Source: Gammaproteobacteria bacterium (GTDB lineage: Bacteria > Pseudomonadota > Gammaproteobacteria > DASZBR01). Taken from it: a stretch of 64,000 bases of DNA. A program made the position numbers and the translations under genes. Location: NCBI GenBank assembly GCA_033763845.1, contig JANRJR010000004.1, positions 22,095-86,094 on the forward strand, written 5' to 3'. Below, piece after piece: positions 32,145 to 44,946 of this stretch (position 1 is its first letter; each line of letters opens with the position of its first letter). The notes under the pieces were generated by a model. The model ran no database searches and was not told the origin of the DNA. It was given only the letters and a program-made list of their open reading frames with translations.

Positions 32145-32190
32145 TGCTCGCCTTCAAAAGCGATTTTATGATATTGTTCGTACTTCTTGA
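32050..32190 (+). pseudogene. PilX/GspK-like N-terminal fragment (46 aa)
   Basis: MKPKGFILLTVLLFIFLLSLIVFSTLQTSVNDARLQKR resembles the PilX_N/GspK N-terminal helix. It terminates after 46 aa. Confidence 0.35.
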
Positions 32191-32215
32191 GCAGGGAATA
32201 GAGGGAGCGTAAACG

Positions 32216-32992
32216 ATGAAGCACACATTGCGTTTTGCTGGCGTAATAAGTTTAGGAATCATGATGGTTGGCTGTGACTACAATCGACCCAAACTTACTT
32301 CACAATTTCCTATTGATCAGCTATACACGCTCAACCAGGCCAGTGGAAATTATCCTTTAGCGCCTTTCGATAAATTAGTGTTGTCAGGTCCCATTGATGT
32401 AACATTAAAGAGTCATCAATCAGAAAATAATGTTCGTGCAAGCGCAAGTCCAAAAGTATTAAATCATTTAAGCGTCATTCCTCGTAAGGATGAGTTGTTA
32501 ATTACAGCATCAGGACGTCAACGCATCAATATCGAAGTGGATCAGGCAGTAACTTCAACTCCCTTGACAATAGTTGTATTAAAAAATGTTCATTTGTCTT
32601 CTGACAACCAAGATTTTTTAATTGAAAAAATTATTGCGACCAGTAATTCACAGTCACATCTGTATTGGTTAAATACGTCTCATTTAAATATTATTGCCAA
32701 GGATAAAAGTAAATTGTTTTTAGCGGGTGTTGTCACGCATTTAGATATTACGGCCATGGATAGTGCTGAAGTGAATGGCAAATACCTGCGAGCAGACGAT
32801 TCATATGTAACCGCATTGGGACGTTCCGATGTGGGGGTTAACGTAAAATCTGCCCTGGGTACACAGTCCGTGGGAGGCGCAACAGTTTATTACTATCGTG
32901 ATCCCGAATTTGGTGGGGTTTATTTGAAAGATTCAGGCAGTGCGTTGCGCATGAAAGGCATTTCAGGTCCGACGAACAACCTCTTGGACTAG
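32216..32992 (+). CDS. Lipoprotein, DUF2807/GIN-domain-like beta-helix protein
   Basis: GAGGGAG Shine-Dalgarno sequence. Has a signal peptide ending MVGC (lipobox). The repetitive layout (LSGPIDVTL...LITASG...LAGVVTHLDITAMDSAEVNG...GGATVYYY) resembles DUF2807. Confidence 0.55.
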   Translation: MKHTLRFAGVISLGIMMVGCDYNRPKLTSQFPIDQLYTLNQASGNYPLAPFDKLVLSGPIDVTLKSHQSENNVRASASPKVLNHLSVIPRKDELLITASGRQRINIEVDQAVTSTPLTIVVLKNVHLSSDNQDFLIEKIIATSNSQSHLYWLNTSHLNIIAKDKSKLFLAGVVTHLDITAMDSAEVNGKYLRADDSYVTALGRSDVGVNVKSALGTQSVGGATVYYYRDPEFGGVYLKDSGSALRMKGISGPTNNLLD

Positions 32993-33613
32993 TTTATCAA
33001 TTCCAACTGAAATTTCGCTGATTGATTTGCCTAGCATGAATGCCGGAGTTGAAACCACTTTGTGTTTCTCATCAATGATAACGTCCGCGCATTCACAGTT
33101 TTCGTGTTGATTTCCCATGTTCGTCAGCGTTTTTGCAGTTCCCTGATCAGTTCCGATTGTCATTTTTATTCCTTTCCCATAAATATGTGAAATCAGATTG
33201 GGTGCTATGCAAATAAATCCAGCGGGTTTGTTCAAATTAGCCATTTGTTTTGCAAAGAGAAGGGTGTGCGATTCCATGGTGCTATTTTCGCCTTTTACCG
33301 CAAAATCGGAGAGATTGCTTGCAGCGCCAAATCCGCCAGGGAAAATAACGGCATCATATTTTGAGGGATCAGCGTCTGCTATATCGATAATTTCACCACG
33401 GGCAAGACGCGCGGCTTCAACGAGAATATTACGTTTTTCTTCGGATTCTTGTTTGGTGAGATGATTAATTACGCGTGTTTGTGGAATGTTCGGAGCGAGG
33501 CATTGGTATTTGGCGCCAGCTTTTTCAATCGAAATGAGGGTGCAAACGGTTTCATATATTTCACTTCCGTCGGAAACGCCGCATCCGGATAGCACAACTG
33601 CGATGGTTTTCAT
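32963..33613 (-). CDS. elbB: ElbB-like DJ-1/PfpI-family glyoxalase
   Basis: MKTIAVVLSGCGVSDGSEIYE... and FICIAP (nucleophile-elbow Cys) match ElbB. The 3' end overlaps the convergent lipoprotein gene by 30 nt. Confidence 0.8.
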   Translation of the reverse strand: MKTIAVVLSGCGVSDGSEIYETVCTLISIEKAGAKYQCLAPNIPQTRVINHLTKQESEEKRNILVEAARLARGEIIDIADADPSKYDAVIFPGGFGAASNLSDFAVKGENSTMESHTLLFAKQMANLNKPAGFICIAPNLISHIYGKGIKMTIGTDQGTAKTLTNMGNQHENCECADVIIDEKHKVVSTPAFMLGKSISEISVGIDKLVQEVVRRT

Positions 33614-33653
33614 GCCATAATCTCCTGGAATATTTCATGTCGATGATAAAGCA

Positions 33654-34637
33654 ATGCGTATATTAGGTATAGAGACATCCTGCGACGAAACTGGCTTGGC
33701 TATTTATGATAGCGAGAAGGGCTTGCTCGGGCACGATTTGTATTCGCAAACCGACATGCATGCGAAATACGGTGGAGTTGTCCCTGAATTAGCCTCACGT
33801 GATCATATTCGCCGAGTAACGCCTTTATTAGATTCTGTATTAAGAAAATCAAATTTAACTTTAAAAGATATCGAAGCCGTTGCGTATACCGCAGGCCCTG
33901 GACTAATTGGTGCATTATTAGTCGGCGCATCATTTGGAAAAAGTTTAGCCTGGAGCTTAGGTGTTCCATCTGTTGCAATTCATCATATGGAGGGGCATTT
34001 ATTAGCACCTTTGTTAGAAACACCTGCGCCTGAATTTCCTTTTATTGCATTATTAGTATCTGGTGGGCATACGCAATTAATTCATGTAAAAAATATCGGT
34101 GACTACAAAATTTTAGGTGATACGTTAGATGATGCTGTCGGTGAAGCATTTGATAAAGTTGCAAAATTGTTGGGATTAGATTATCCCGGTGGTGCGGCGC
34201 TTTCTCAGCTTGCCAAAAAAGGCAATTCATCAACATATAAATTTAGTCGTCCCATGACAGACCGTCCGGGATTAGATTTTAGTTTCAGTGGTCTTAAAAC
34301 ACAGGTATTACATCAAGTTAAAAATTATTCACCCGAAAATATTGCTGCAAGTTTTCAAGAAGCAGTAATAGATACTTTAGTTATAAAATCCAAACGTGCC
34401 TTGGAAGAAAATCATACCAATCAATTAGTAGTAGCAGGTGGTGTCAGCGCAAATCATTTGTTACGCGAACGGTTAAACCATCTCATGAAAAAATTAGAGG
34501 GCAATGTTTTTTTTCCACGACCTGAGTTTTGTACTGATAACGGTGCAATGATTGCGTTTGCTGGATATAAACGCTTACAACTGGCTCAAGATGATTCATT
34601 GCAGATTAAAGCTCGTGCTCGCTGGGAAATGACTTGA
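33654..34637 (+). CDS. tsaD: tRNA N6-adenosine threonylcarbamoyltransferase
   Basis: [20 protein letters not shown] metal site, [17 protein letters not shown]. Confidence 0.95.
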   Translation: MRILGIETSCDETGLAIYDSEKGLLGHDLYSQTDMHAKYGGVVPELASRDHIRRVTPLLDSVLRKSNLTLKDIEAVAYTAGPGLIGALLVGASFGKSLAWSLGVPSVAIHHMEGHLLAPLLETPAPEFPFIALLVSGGHTQLIHVKNIGDYKILGDTLDDAVGEAFDKVAKLLGLDYPGGAALSQLAKKGNSSTYKFSRPMTDRPGLDFSFSGLKTQVLHQVKNYSPENIAASFQEAVIDTLVIKSKRALEENHTNQLVVAGGVSANHLLRERLNHLMKKLEGNVFFPRPEFCTDNGAMIAFAGYKRLQLAQDDSLQIKARARWEMT

Positions 34638-36687
34638 TCCTACACAGTGAATGTAAATCACACATGCGGCAGGTTTCTTCACCATATTTCGGCTTAACTT
34701 CAGCATTACCTTTTAAGAAATCATCAGCAATTTTTAATAATTCACTTTCCCATTGTTGTTTTAAATCACCAACAGGAATTTCTTTTAACTTACTATTTCC
34801 CGTACGCAAATACGCATAAGCTATTTTATCGACAGACTTCCCACTAACCACTGCATAAAGGGGTAACTGAGGCTCGTCGAGGTAGTCTCCACGTATATCA
34901 TATTGACTGGTTTTATAATCAATAATTAAATATTTGTTCTCGCCTATTTTATCAATTCTATCAATGCGTAATTTAAGCGGTAAATGTCCTAACCCTGTTT
35001 CAAGCACTTCTTCAGTTGCGATGACCGTAAAATTTTCGCGAGATTTTTCTAATTCAAGCCAATCTAAGGCCAATTTTTCTAATCGTGATTTTTCGGCGCG
35101 AATAAAAATAGGTTGAACTGTTTTATCGAATTTTTTCAGACTATTATTGATAATTTTATTGACTAATAAAATTAATTTTTCAGGTTCAACGATAATCAAG
35201 TTTTGTTTGGATTGAAGGGCTTTCCAAATATTTTCCAATATTTCATGTGCCGTATTGCCTTTTTGAAGCGCATTTAAACCCATTTGTGGCTCTTCAACTT
35301 TAAGCGCATGAAGTCGATGTTTTGCAAAAGCACGAAAAGGACAGGCTATATGATCTTTAAATATTTGACTGCCGTGGTGTTTTAAAAAGCTTAAGTCAAC
35401 GGGGAGATTATCTATAAGGGGCGCGATGAATCGTGCGCCTACGGTCGGCATCGGCCAATTCAAAATAATATTTTCAACTGGAATGCTGTTGAGTAATTCA
35501 TGTGGAATAACATTAACATCTTGAGCTTGTAACGGATAGCTATAAATAATTTCGTTTGCAATAGAATTAAAATCGGGCTCAACTCTGGGTGTGTGTGGAA
35601 AAGGCAAAAATGGATTTGGCTTTGACTGGCGTGGCCAATGACGTGAATCCAACCCCGTAATCCATGCGGCATCAAACCATAAACCTTTGCTTTCTAATAC
35701 ACTAATGACGTGTATATGCGCATGTTCAGATGCTTGTATTTGAAACGGAGTCCGATCGCATAATATTTTTAATTCTCCTATGGCTTCTTCGTGCGTCAGA
35801 TTTTTTCCGATAAAATCATATTGTTTATATAAAGTTAAGATTTCTTTGAATTTTTCTTTGAGTTGATATTCCTCGCTGGTTAAAACATCACGGACAAGGA
35901 AATGCTGAAATGTATTAGCCCATTCACTGGGTTTCTGATTTAAATCGTTGTGATGAGAAGACAGTAATTCAAGTATATCTTCAATAAAATAATAATCTGA
36001 TAATTTTTTTACAGCGGAAAATGTAACGGAAGTACTGTTACCTAAAATTGCATCAAAATAATACTCAAGCTTATTTCGTTGTGCATCTAAGTCAGGAATG
36101 ACACAAGCTATCTGTTTATTTTTCGATTGTTTTGCAGACCATAGCGCCATCGTTTTAAATTCAATTTCAGGATCGGTAAAAACGGATTGTTTAGTTTTAT
36201 CAACAAAAAGTGGGGGATTTATGGCTATTCCCCCCAAAAGCAGTTGCTGTTCTAAAGGCGTGGTTGATTGAAATCCGTACAAGCCTGTTTTGGGTGGCAG
36301 ATTCAATTGACTCATGAGATGCTCTGGATCCATGAGGTTATATTTACGGTAGTACTTACTAATAAGCTTTGCTATGGATTGAAAGAGTTGAGTATCATCG
36401 TTTTTGTCAAAAGTACTACTTTCTAGATCTACTTTATAGTGTAGACATGTACGCCAAGCTGACTGAACGAGAGACGCAAGGCCAGCATAGTCCGGGAAAT
36501 GTTCCTTCATGAGAGTGGATATCAAGAATAGTTGTCGATGAGGGTTGAGTAGCGTTTTGGAAGAAAAAAATTCAGCATGGGCCTTTTCAAGCCATTGAGA
36601 CAGCGAATACACCGGGGTCGATTTTTTTAACACGGCAGAAAGTCGGTGGTTGGGGGTCAAAATCAAATCATATCCACTAAAATCCAT
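34606..36687 (-). CDS. AddB-like PD-(D/E)XK nuclease with Fe-S 'iron staple' cysteines
   Basis: C-terminal RecB-type nuclease motif (RIDRIDKI...LIIDYKTS), bracketed by Cys in ACPFRAF and by [10 protein letters not shown] (CxxCx5C). ATG at 36687 follows AAGGAA. The track start at 36849 adds a non-conserved extension. Confidence 0.7.
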   Translation of the reverse strand: MDFSGYDLILTPNHRLSAVLKKSTPVYSLSQWLEKAHAEFFSSKTLLNPHRQLFLISTLMKEHFPDYAGLASLVQSAWRTCLHYKVDLESSTFDKNDDTQLFQSIAKLISKYYRKYNLMDPEHLMSQLNLPPKTGLYGFQSTTPLEQQLLLGGIAINPPLFVDKTKQSVFTDPEIEFKTMALWSAKQSKNKQIACVIPDLDAQRNKLEYYFDAILGNSTSVTFSAVKKLSDYYFIEDILELLSSHHNDLNQKPSEWANTFQHFLVRDVLTSEEYQLKEKFKEILTLYKQYDFIGKNLTHEEAIGELKILCDRTPFQIQASEHAHIHVISVLESKGLWFDAAWITGLDSRHWPRQSKPNPFLPFPHTPRVEPDFNSIANEIIYSYPLQAQDVNVIPHELLNSIPVENIILNWPMPTVGARFIAPLIDNLPVDLSFLKHHGSQIFKDHIACPFRAFAKHRLHALKVEEPQMGLNALQKGNTAHEILENIWKALQSKQNLIIVEPEKLILLVNKIINNSLKKFDKTVQPIFIRAEKSRLEKLALDWLELEKSRENFTVIATEEVLETGLGHLPLKLRIDRIDKIGENKYLIIDYKTSQYDIRGDYLDEPQLPLYAVVSGKSVDKIAYAYLRTGNSKLKEIPVGDLKQQWESELLKIADDFLKGNAEVKPKYGEETCRMCDLHSLCRIKSFPSEHEL

Positions 36688-36839
36688 AACTTTCCTTACA
36701 TTTTTGAATAACACCCGCCATAATGGCAAAAAAACACAATAACCTGTTGATATATATAGAGAAAAACAGGGTTGGCTAATTTCTAGCCAGTTTGTTTTAA
36801 ACCTTTGTTTTATCATGATTTTCGTAGCATTTTTGATAT

Positions 36840-36860
36840 TTGTCCACAAAGTTATCCACA
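36840..36860 (+). promoter_or_regulatory. Two tandem DnaA boxes upstream of rplU
   Basis: TTGTCCACA (36840-36848) has one mismatch to the consensus. TTATCCACA (36852-36860) is a perfect R-box consensus. They are direct repeats 12 nt apart start to start and lie just upstream of the -35 element. Confidence 0.5.
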
Positions 36861-36883
36861 GGACATGTGAATATTATCAACAG

Positions 36884-36912
36884 TTGCAGTAAGCGGGGTG
36901 ATTGCGTAGAAT
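36884..36912 (+). promoter_or_regulatory. Sigma-70 promoter of rplU-rpmA-obgE
   Basis: TTGCAG (36884-36889), 17-nt spacer, TAGAAT (36907-36912), 41 nt upstream of the rplU ATG. Confidence 0.55.
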
Positions 36913-36953
36913 CTACCCCTCAAATTTTCATATAAATAGGATGGTTTTTCCTC

Positions 36954-37262
36954 ATGTATGCAGTGATCCAAACCGGTGGTAAACAGTATCGTGTATCAGA
37001 AGGTCAGATTTTAACGGTCGAAAAATTAGACGTCGAAGCTGGAAAGACGGTCGAGTTTAGCAATGTATTAGCGATTTCTGATGACTCAGGTCTTAAGATT
37101 GGCGCGCCTTTTGTAAGTGGGGCGAAAGTGGTTGCGAATGTCATCGGTGAAGGCCGCCATGACAAAATCAGAATTATCAAATTTAGACGTCGTAAACATT
37201 ACCGTAAGCAACAAGGTCATCGTCAGTATTTTACGAAATTAGAAATTAAGAGCATCAAATAG
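36954..37262 (+). CDS. rplU: 50S ribosomal protein L21
   Basis: [18 protein letters not shown] is the canonical L21 N-terminus. Confidence 0.95.
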   Translation: MYAVIQTGGKQYRVSEGQILTVEKLDVEAGKTVEFSNVLAISDDSGLKIGAPFVSGAKVVANVIGEGRHDKIRIIKFRRRKHYRKQQGHRQYFTKLEIKSIK

Positions 37263-37273
37263 GGGTATAGGTC

Positions 37274-37549
37274 ATGGCAACAAAAAAAGCCGGTGGTAGT
37301 ACACAAAATGGTCGCGATTCCAATCCTAAGTATCTTGGGGTTAAACGTTATGGTGGTGAATTTGTAAACGCAGGCGAAATTATTGTTCGTCAACGCGGAA
37401 CGAGAAAACACCCTGGTAAACATGTCGGTATGGGACGTGATCATACATTGTATGCTTTGGTATCTGGTCGCGTTGAATTCAAAGTAGGCGGTGAATTAAA
37501 CAAGCAGTACGTAAATATTATTCCTGAAGAAATTTCTGCTGCAAAATAA
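37274..37549 (+). CDS. rpmA: 50S ribosomal protein L27
   Basis: [21 protein letters not shown]...IIVRQRGT is the canonical L27 sequence. Confidence 0.95.
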   Translation: MATKKAGGSTQNGRDSNPKYLGVKRYGGEFVNAGEIIVRQRGTRKHPGKHVGMGRDHTLYALVSGRVEFKVGGELNKQYVNIIPEEISAAK

Positions 37550-37568
37550 TCCTCTTGATGTAATTTGC

Positions 37569-37588
37569 GGGCGCGATACATCGCGCCC
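37569..37588 (+). other. GC-rich stem-loop between rpmA and obgE
   Basis: GGGCGCGA-TACA-TCGCGCCC, a perfect 8-bp stem with a tetraloop. No U-tract follows. Confidence 0.4.
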
Positions 37589-37606
37589 CTACAGTGTGAA
37601 AATCCT

Positions 37607-38641
37607 ATGAAATTCGTTGACGAAGCCATTATTAAAGTGACTGCGGGTAAAGGTGGCGATGGTGTTGCCAGTTTTCGTCGTGAAAAATTTATTCCCTTTG
37701 GTGGTCCCAATGGTGGTGATGGTGGAGATGGTGGTAGTGTTTTTCTTAAAGCAGACGACTCTATCAATACATTAGTTGATTTTCGTTACCAGCGTGAGCA
37801 TCGTGCAAAATCAGGTGAAAAAGGCGGTGGTCAAGAATGTACGGGCCGCAGCGGTGAAGATTTAATTATTTCTGTTCCCGTTGGAACATTAGTCTATGAC
37901 ATCGAGACTCAAGAATTATTGGGTGATTTAAAGAAAAAAAATCAATTATTAAAAGTGGCGCAAGGTGGATTTCATGGATTAGGAAATACGCGATTTAAAA
38001 GTTCTGTAAATCGCGCACCTCGTCAGTGCACAAAAGGTAAACCCGGCGAAATTCGAAAATTAAAGTTAGAATTAAAAGTCTTAGCAGATGTTGGATTATT
38101 AGGGCTACCTAACGCAGGGAAATCAACGTTTATTCGTGCGGTTTCAGCGGCAAAGCCGAAAGTCGCAGATTATCCTTTTACAACGTTATATCCCAATTTA
38201 GGTGTTGTATCCGTTTCCACGCATCGCAGTTTTGTGATTGCAGATATTCCCGGATTAATTGAGGGTGCTGCGGAAGGTGCCGGCTTAGGCATACAATTTT
38301 TAAAACATTTGCAACGCACACACGTGTTATTGCATATTGTGGATATGGTGCCGCAAGATGATACGGATCCCGTTGTGTCTGCAAAACAAATTATTAATGA
38401 ATTGAAGAAATTTGATTCTGATTTAGTGAAAAAGCCTCGCTGGTTAGTTCTTAATAAAATCGACTTATTGCCCGAAAACGAGGCCGAAAAAGAGGCAAAA
38501 CGCATTATTAAAGAATTAGCTTGGAAAGGGCCTGTTTACCGTATTTCGGCATTGGCGGGCGTTGGAACGGCTTCTCTGGTGAGTGATTTAATGGATTTTA
38601 TTGAAAAAAGTCGGTCAGAGGGTGCTATACTTGGATTGTAG
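37607..38641 (+). CDS. obgE: GTPase Obg/CgtA
   Basis: MKFVDEA start. Has the Gly-rich Obg fold ([18 protein letters not shown]) and motifs G1 [10 protein letters not shown]3 DIPGLIEGA and G4 LNKID. The track start at 37565 runs through the upstream hairpin. Confidence 0.95.
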   Translation: MKFVDEAIIKVTAGKGGDGVASFRREKFIPFGGPNGGDGGDGGSVFLKADDSINTLVDFRYQREHRAKSGEKGGGQECTGRSGEDLIISVPVGTLVYDIETQELLGDLKKKNQLLKVAQGGFHGLGNTRFKSSVNRAPRQCTKGKPGEIRKLKLELKVLADVGLLGLPNAGKSTFIRAVSAAKPKVADYPFTTLYPNLGVVSVSTHRSFVIADIPGLIEGAAEGAGLGIQFLKHLQRTHVLLHIVDMVPQDDTDPVVSAKQIINELKKFDSDLVKKPRWLVLNKIDLLPENEAEKEAKRIIKELAWKGPVYRISALAGVGTASLVSDLMDFIEKSRSEGAILGL

Positions 38642-38663
38642 GTTTTTTTAAAAGGGGTGCACT

Positions 38664-39776
38664 ATGAGTAGCGACAAACCTGAAGATCTTGTCAATGGTC
38701 TTAACGAGCGGCTCAAAAACGATAATGATCAAATGAATAACTCATTGGCTGAGCAGCAAGAGCGTGCTGCTGAACAACAAAAGAAAATAGATGATTTGAA
38801 GCCTAAAGTTGATGAAATGGTATCTGAGACAGCTCCCAGTGAAGTTAACCAAGAAAGTAACGTTGTTACTATAGCTAGAGAAAAATTCCGCGCAAAAGTT
38901 CAATCTTTTGTTGAAGCACTTAATGAACACGATTCTCAAATTAGTAAAGATCCCAATGCAAACGGTCCCTATCAAATACTCCAAGGATTTGTCGATAATG
39001 CTGCGCTTCCGAAACGCAAGCAAGAACGAGAAATTATTGGAGCAATGACTCAACTTGCTGCCCATTTGCAGAAAAAGCAATTAGCAGAAGGTGTTGCAGC
39101 TGACAAATTAAAAGAAATGGAACAAAAATTTCAGGGGCTCATCGAGGAAACGAAAACCGCTGAACAAGAATATGATAGCGCTGAGGACAATGATCAAAAA
39201 CAAAAACGCACACCAATTACCCCTGGTTTTGTTGAAGGTAATCCTAATCTTTATCAATACAATAAAACAGAGCAGGGTGAGAAGACATTTGGTGTAATGT
39301 CAACGGATAATACGATTGAAGGATTTAAAAAGGCCTTAGAACATTACGCAAATAGTCAAGATGAAAATGGCAATCCTCGAAAATATGGCAATGTAACATT
39401 TGGCAGACCAGCTGTTAGTGCTCAACAACTTAAAGAAAGTGCCGGACTTAAAGATAATTTTCATGAACGGGTTCTTGCTGCGCTAGATGCTGGCTTATAT
39501 CCAGAAAGAGAAATTGAAAAACTAGTAGAGGCGCTCACGGGGCCAAGCTTGAATTCACGTGCGCACTTTTTAACAAGTGGCAAAGAAGATAGGTTAAAAG
39601 CTCAACAGTTGCAAGAATTGCGCGATAAGATTGATGACTACAAGAATGATCGCGATGGAAAACCACGAAAAGATGCTTCTGTACAAGCGAGTGTAAATCC
39701 CGCCAATCAAAATAGAATTGATCAATCAGCGAATAAAGAGAATGAGCAGGCAGCTACACTCACCATGAAGAAATAA
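38664..39776 (+). CDS. Hypothetical charged/coiled-coil protein, 370 aa
   Basis: Long ORF with AGGGG 8 nt upstream. It is highly charged and Gln/Glu/Lys-rich, with no signal peptide, TM segment or domain I recognise. Confidence 0.6.
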   Translation: MSSDKPEDLVNGLNERLKNDNDQMNNSLAEQQERAAEQQKKIDDLKPKVDEMVSETAPSEVNQESNVVTIAREKFRAKVQSFVEALNEHDSQISKDPNANGPYQILQGFVDNAALPKRKQEREIIGAMTQLAAHLQKKQLAEGVAADKLKEMEQKFQGLIEETKTAEQEYDSAEDNDQKQKRTPITPGFVEGNPNLYQYNKTEQGEKTFGVMSTDNTIEGFKKALEHYANSQDENGNPRKYGNVTFGRPAVSAQQLKESAGLKDNFHERVLAALDAGLYPEREIEKLVEALTGPSLNSRAHFLTSGKEDRLKAQQLQELRDKIDDYKNDRDGKPRKDASVQASVNPANQNRIDQSANKENEQAATLTMKK

Positions 39777-39796
39777 ACAGCTCAAAGGATTCCCCT

Positions 39797-42590
<2,794 letters not shown>

Positions 42591-42859
42591 CCGCTTCTCA
42601 TGATTTTCTATTCTTTCACGATGTTGTCGTCGTCGAATTTTTACTTTTTCAGGATCATATAACGTTTCGGGAATATCGATCATGTTGATGCAATCTACAG
42701 GGCAGGGTGCGACACATAATTCACAGCCAGTGCATTCTGTTTTGATTACCGTATGAATTTGTTTGTTTGCTCCTATGATAGCGTCAAACGGGCAAAATTG
42801 AAGGCACTTTGCGCAACCAATACAAACGTCTTCATCAATAACAGCTAATTTAAATGACA

Positions 42860-44881
42860 TTATTTTACGCGCATACCTGGTTGTGCACCGTCATGGGGTT
42901 CAAGAATCCAAAGATCTTTTCCGCCTGGACCTGCCGCTAATACCATGCCCTCGGATATTCCAAAACGCATTTTGCGTGGCGCAAGATTAGCAACAACGAC
43001 TGTTAATTTTCCGACAAGATCTTCAGGATTATAGGCGGATTTAATGCCCGCAAAAATTTGGCGTTTTTCAAAGCCAATATCGACGGTTAATTTTAATAAT
43101 TTCTCCGCACCTTCGACGGATTCGGCGTTAATGATTTTCGCAATGCGGAGATCAATTTTCGCAAATTCATCGATAGCAATTTCAGGAAATAGTGGGTCAA
43201 ATTGTGGTGAAGCAGTATTGTTGTGTGATTCAGTGGTCATGGGTTTCTCTCTAAGCGCATTAATTTGTTCAGAAGTAATGCGTTGTAAAAGTGGTGTGAA
43301 GGATAAAATGGTGTGATTAACTAAGGGTGATTTGCTGTCTTGCCAATTAATTTCGCTAATATTCATGAACGCTTCGACATTTTTAGCAGTTTCAGGAAGG
43401 ACAGGTTTTAAATAAGTTATAAGTAATAAAAATAAATTTAAACCTGCACTGCAGATTTCTTGCACTTGTGTTTCGTGGCCAGGCTGCTTTATTAATGCCC
43501 AGGGTTTTTTATCGTCGATATATTGGTTGGCTCTGTCTGCTAATAACATAATTTCGCGAATGGCTTTACTGTATTCCCGGCGCTGATAATGCAGCGCAAT
43601 GGCTTCGCCAGTAGCAACAAATTCATCAAACAATTCTGGAATTATGCAATATTCTGATAAATGATTATTAAAATGCTTATTGATAAACATAGCGCAACGA
43701 CTGGCAATGTTTATGACTTTACCAACTAAATCGCTATTGACCCGCTGCATGAAATCATCGAGATTGAGATCAATATCTTCGACGCGATCTGTTAATTTAG
43801 CCGCAAAGTAATATCGTAAATATTCAGGGTTTAAATGCTTGAGATAATCATGCGCTTCAATAAACGTTCCGCGCGACTTTGACATTTTTTGTCCATCGAC
43901 GGTTAAAAATCCATGCACAAATACTGACGTGGGTGTGCGAAAATCTGCCCCCATTAACATGGCTGGCCAAAATAACGTGTGGAAATACATGACGTCTTTG
44001 CCAATAAAATGATAGAGCTCCATTTTACTGTTTACTTTCCAATAGTCAGCAAAATTAATGTTTTTAAGATCGCAAAGTTGTTTGAAAATTGCAATATAAC
44101 CAATGGGTGCATCAAGCCATACATAAAAATATTTGTCCTCTTCACCTGGAATTTTAAATCCAAAATAAGGCGAATCGCGAGAAATATCCCAGGCTTGGAG
44201 TCCTTGCTCAAACCATTCGTTTAATTTATTAGATGCTTCAGGTTGTAGTGTTTCATCTGACATCCATTTTTTTAGCTTTTTAGCAAATTGGGGCAAATCA
44301 AAAAAGTAATGCTCTGTTTTTTTAATCACAGGCTTAGTTTGTGTCAATACTGAAACGGGATTAATTAAGTCAGTGGGCGAGTAGGTGGTCCCACATACTT
44401 CACAGGCATCGCCATATTGATCAGCGCTTTTACATTTCGGACACGTTCCTTTAATAAAACGATCAGGCAAAAATAAATTTTTTTCAGTATCGAAATATTG
44501 TTCAATTTCTTTTTTAAAAATAGATTCACTGTCTTTGAGCTTTTTATAAATTAATTCGACAAATGTTTTATTTTCAACCGAGTGCGTTGTTCCGTAATGA
44601 TCTAAATTGACGTGAAAATTAGCGTAATCTCTTTTACGCTGATCATGAATATGTTGGATGTAATCTTCGGGTTTCAGGCCTAATTTTTCTGCGCTAAGCA
44701 TGATGGGAGTCCCATGAGCATCATCGCCTGAAATAAAATAGCACGTTGTTTGTGGCTGAAGCTTGTGAAAACGGACCCAAATGTCGGCTTGAATGGCTTC
44801 AACAAGATGGCCTAAATGAAGCTGACCATTGGCATAAGGTAGCGCCATGGTCACTAATAATGTTCGAGAGGTCGTTTTCAT
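42860..44881 (-). CDS. metG: Methionine--tRNA ligase
   Basis: [11 protein letters not shown] (HIGH), KMSKS, zinc knuckles CPKC...CEVC, and a C-terminal Trbp111/EMAP-like tRNA-binding domain (IDLRIAKI...). Confidence 0.95.
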   Translation of the reverse strand: MKTTSRTLLVTMALPYANGQLHLGHLVEAIQADIWVRFHKLQPQTTCYFISGDDAHGTPIMLSAEKLGLKPEDYIQHIHDQRKRDYANFHVNLDHYGTTHSVENKTFVELIYKKLKDSESIFKKEIEQYFDTEKNLFLPDRFIKGTCPKCKSADQYGDACEVCGTTYSPTDLINPVSVLTQTKPVIKKTEHYFFDLPQFAKKLKKWMSDETLQPEASNKLNEWFEQGLQAWDISRDSPYFGFKIPGEEDKYFYVWLDAPIGYIAIFKQLCDLKNINFADYWKVNSKMELYHFIGKDVMYFHTLFWPAMLMGADFRTPTSVFVHGFLTVDGQKMSKSRGTFIEAHDYLKHLNPEYLRYYFAAKLTDRVEDIDLNLDDFMQRVNSDLVGKVINIASRCAMFINKHFNNHLSEYCIIPELFDEFVATGEAIALHYQRREYSKAIREIMLLADRANQYIDDKKPWALIKQPGHETQVQEICSAGLNLFLLLITYLKPVLPETAKNVEAFMNISEINWQDSKSPLVNHTILSFTPLLQRITSEQINALREKPMTTESHNNTASPQFDPLFPEIAIDEFAKIDLRIAKIINAESVEGAEKLLKLTVDIGFEKRQIFAGIKSAYNPEDLVGKLTVVVANLAPRKMRFGISEGMVLAAGPGGKDLWILEPHDGAQPGMRVK

Positions 44882-44946
44882 GTGTTACAATGGTTCCCTT
44901 TTTATGCGCGCTAAATCGCTCAAGTCCCAAAGGATAGATTATCATC

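Noticed and set aside
36688-36953. The largest intergenic region, with DnaA boxes and an AT-rich stretch (TATATATAGAGAAAAA), considered as the chromosomal origin oriC
   Set aside because: It has only two good DnaA boxes plus one weak one. I saw no repeated 13-mer-like unwinding elements. Neither dnaA, dnaN nor gidA is nearby, and a strong rplU promoter occupies the same space. A regulatory or titration site is more parsimonious. A genome-wide GC-skew analysis would be needed to settle it.
37441-37767. 108-aa minus-strand ORF rich in Pro/Ser ([12 protein letters not shown])
   Set aside because: It is the reverse-complement shadow of the Gly-rich GGxGG repeats of Obg and of the rpmA 3' end. 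It is not an independent gene.
38588-38631. Possible PmrA-type direct repeat (TTAAT at 38588-38592, TTATT at 38598-38602) followed by TATACT (38626-38631) upstream of the orphan ORF at 38664
   Set aside because: The second half-site deviates from TTAA. The spacing is 10 rather than the expected 11 nt register, and such motifs are frequent by chance in AT-rich coding DNA (it lies inside obgE). This is not enough to call a regulatory site.
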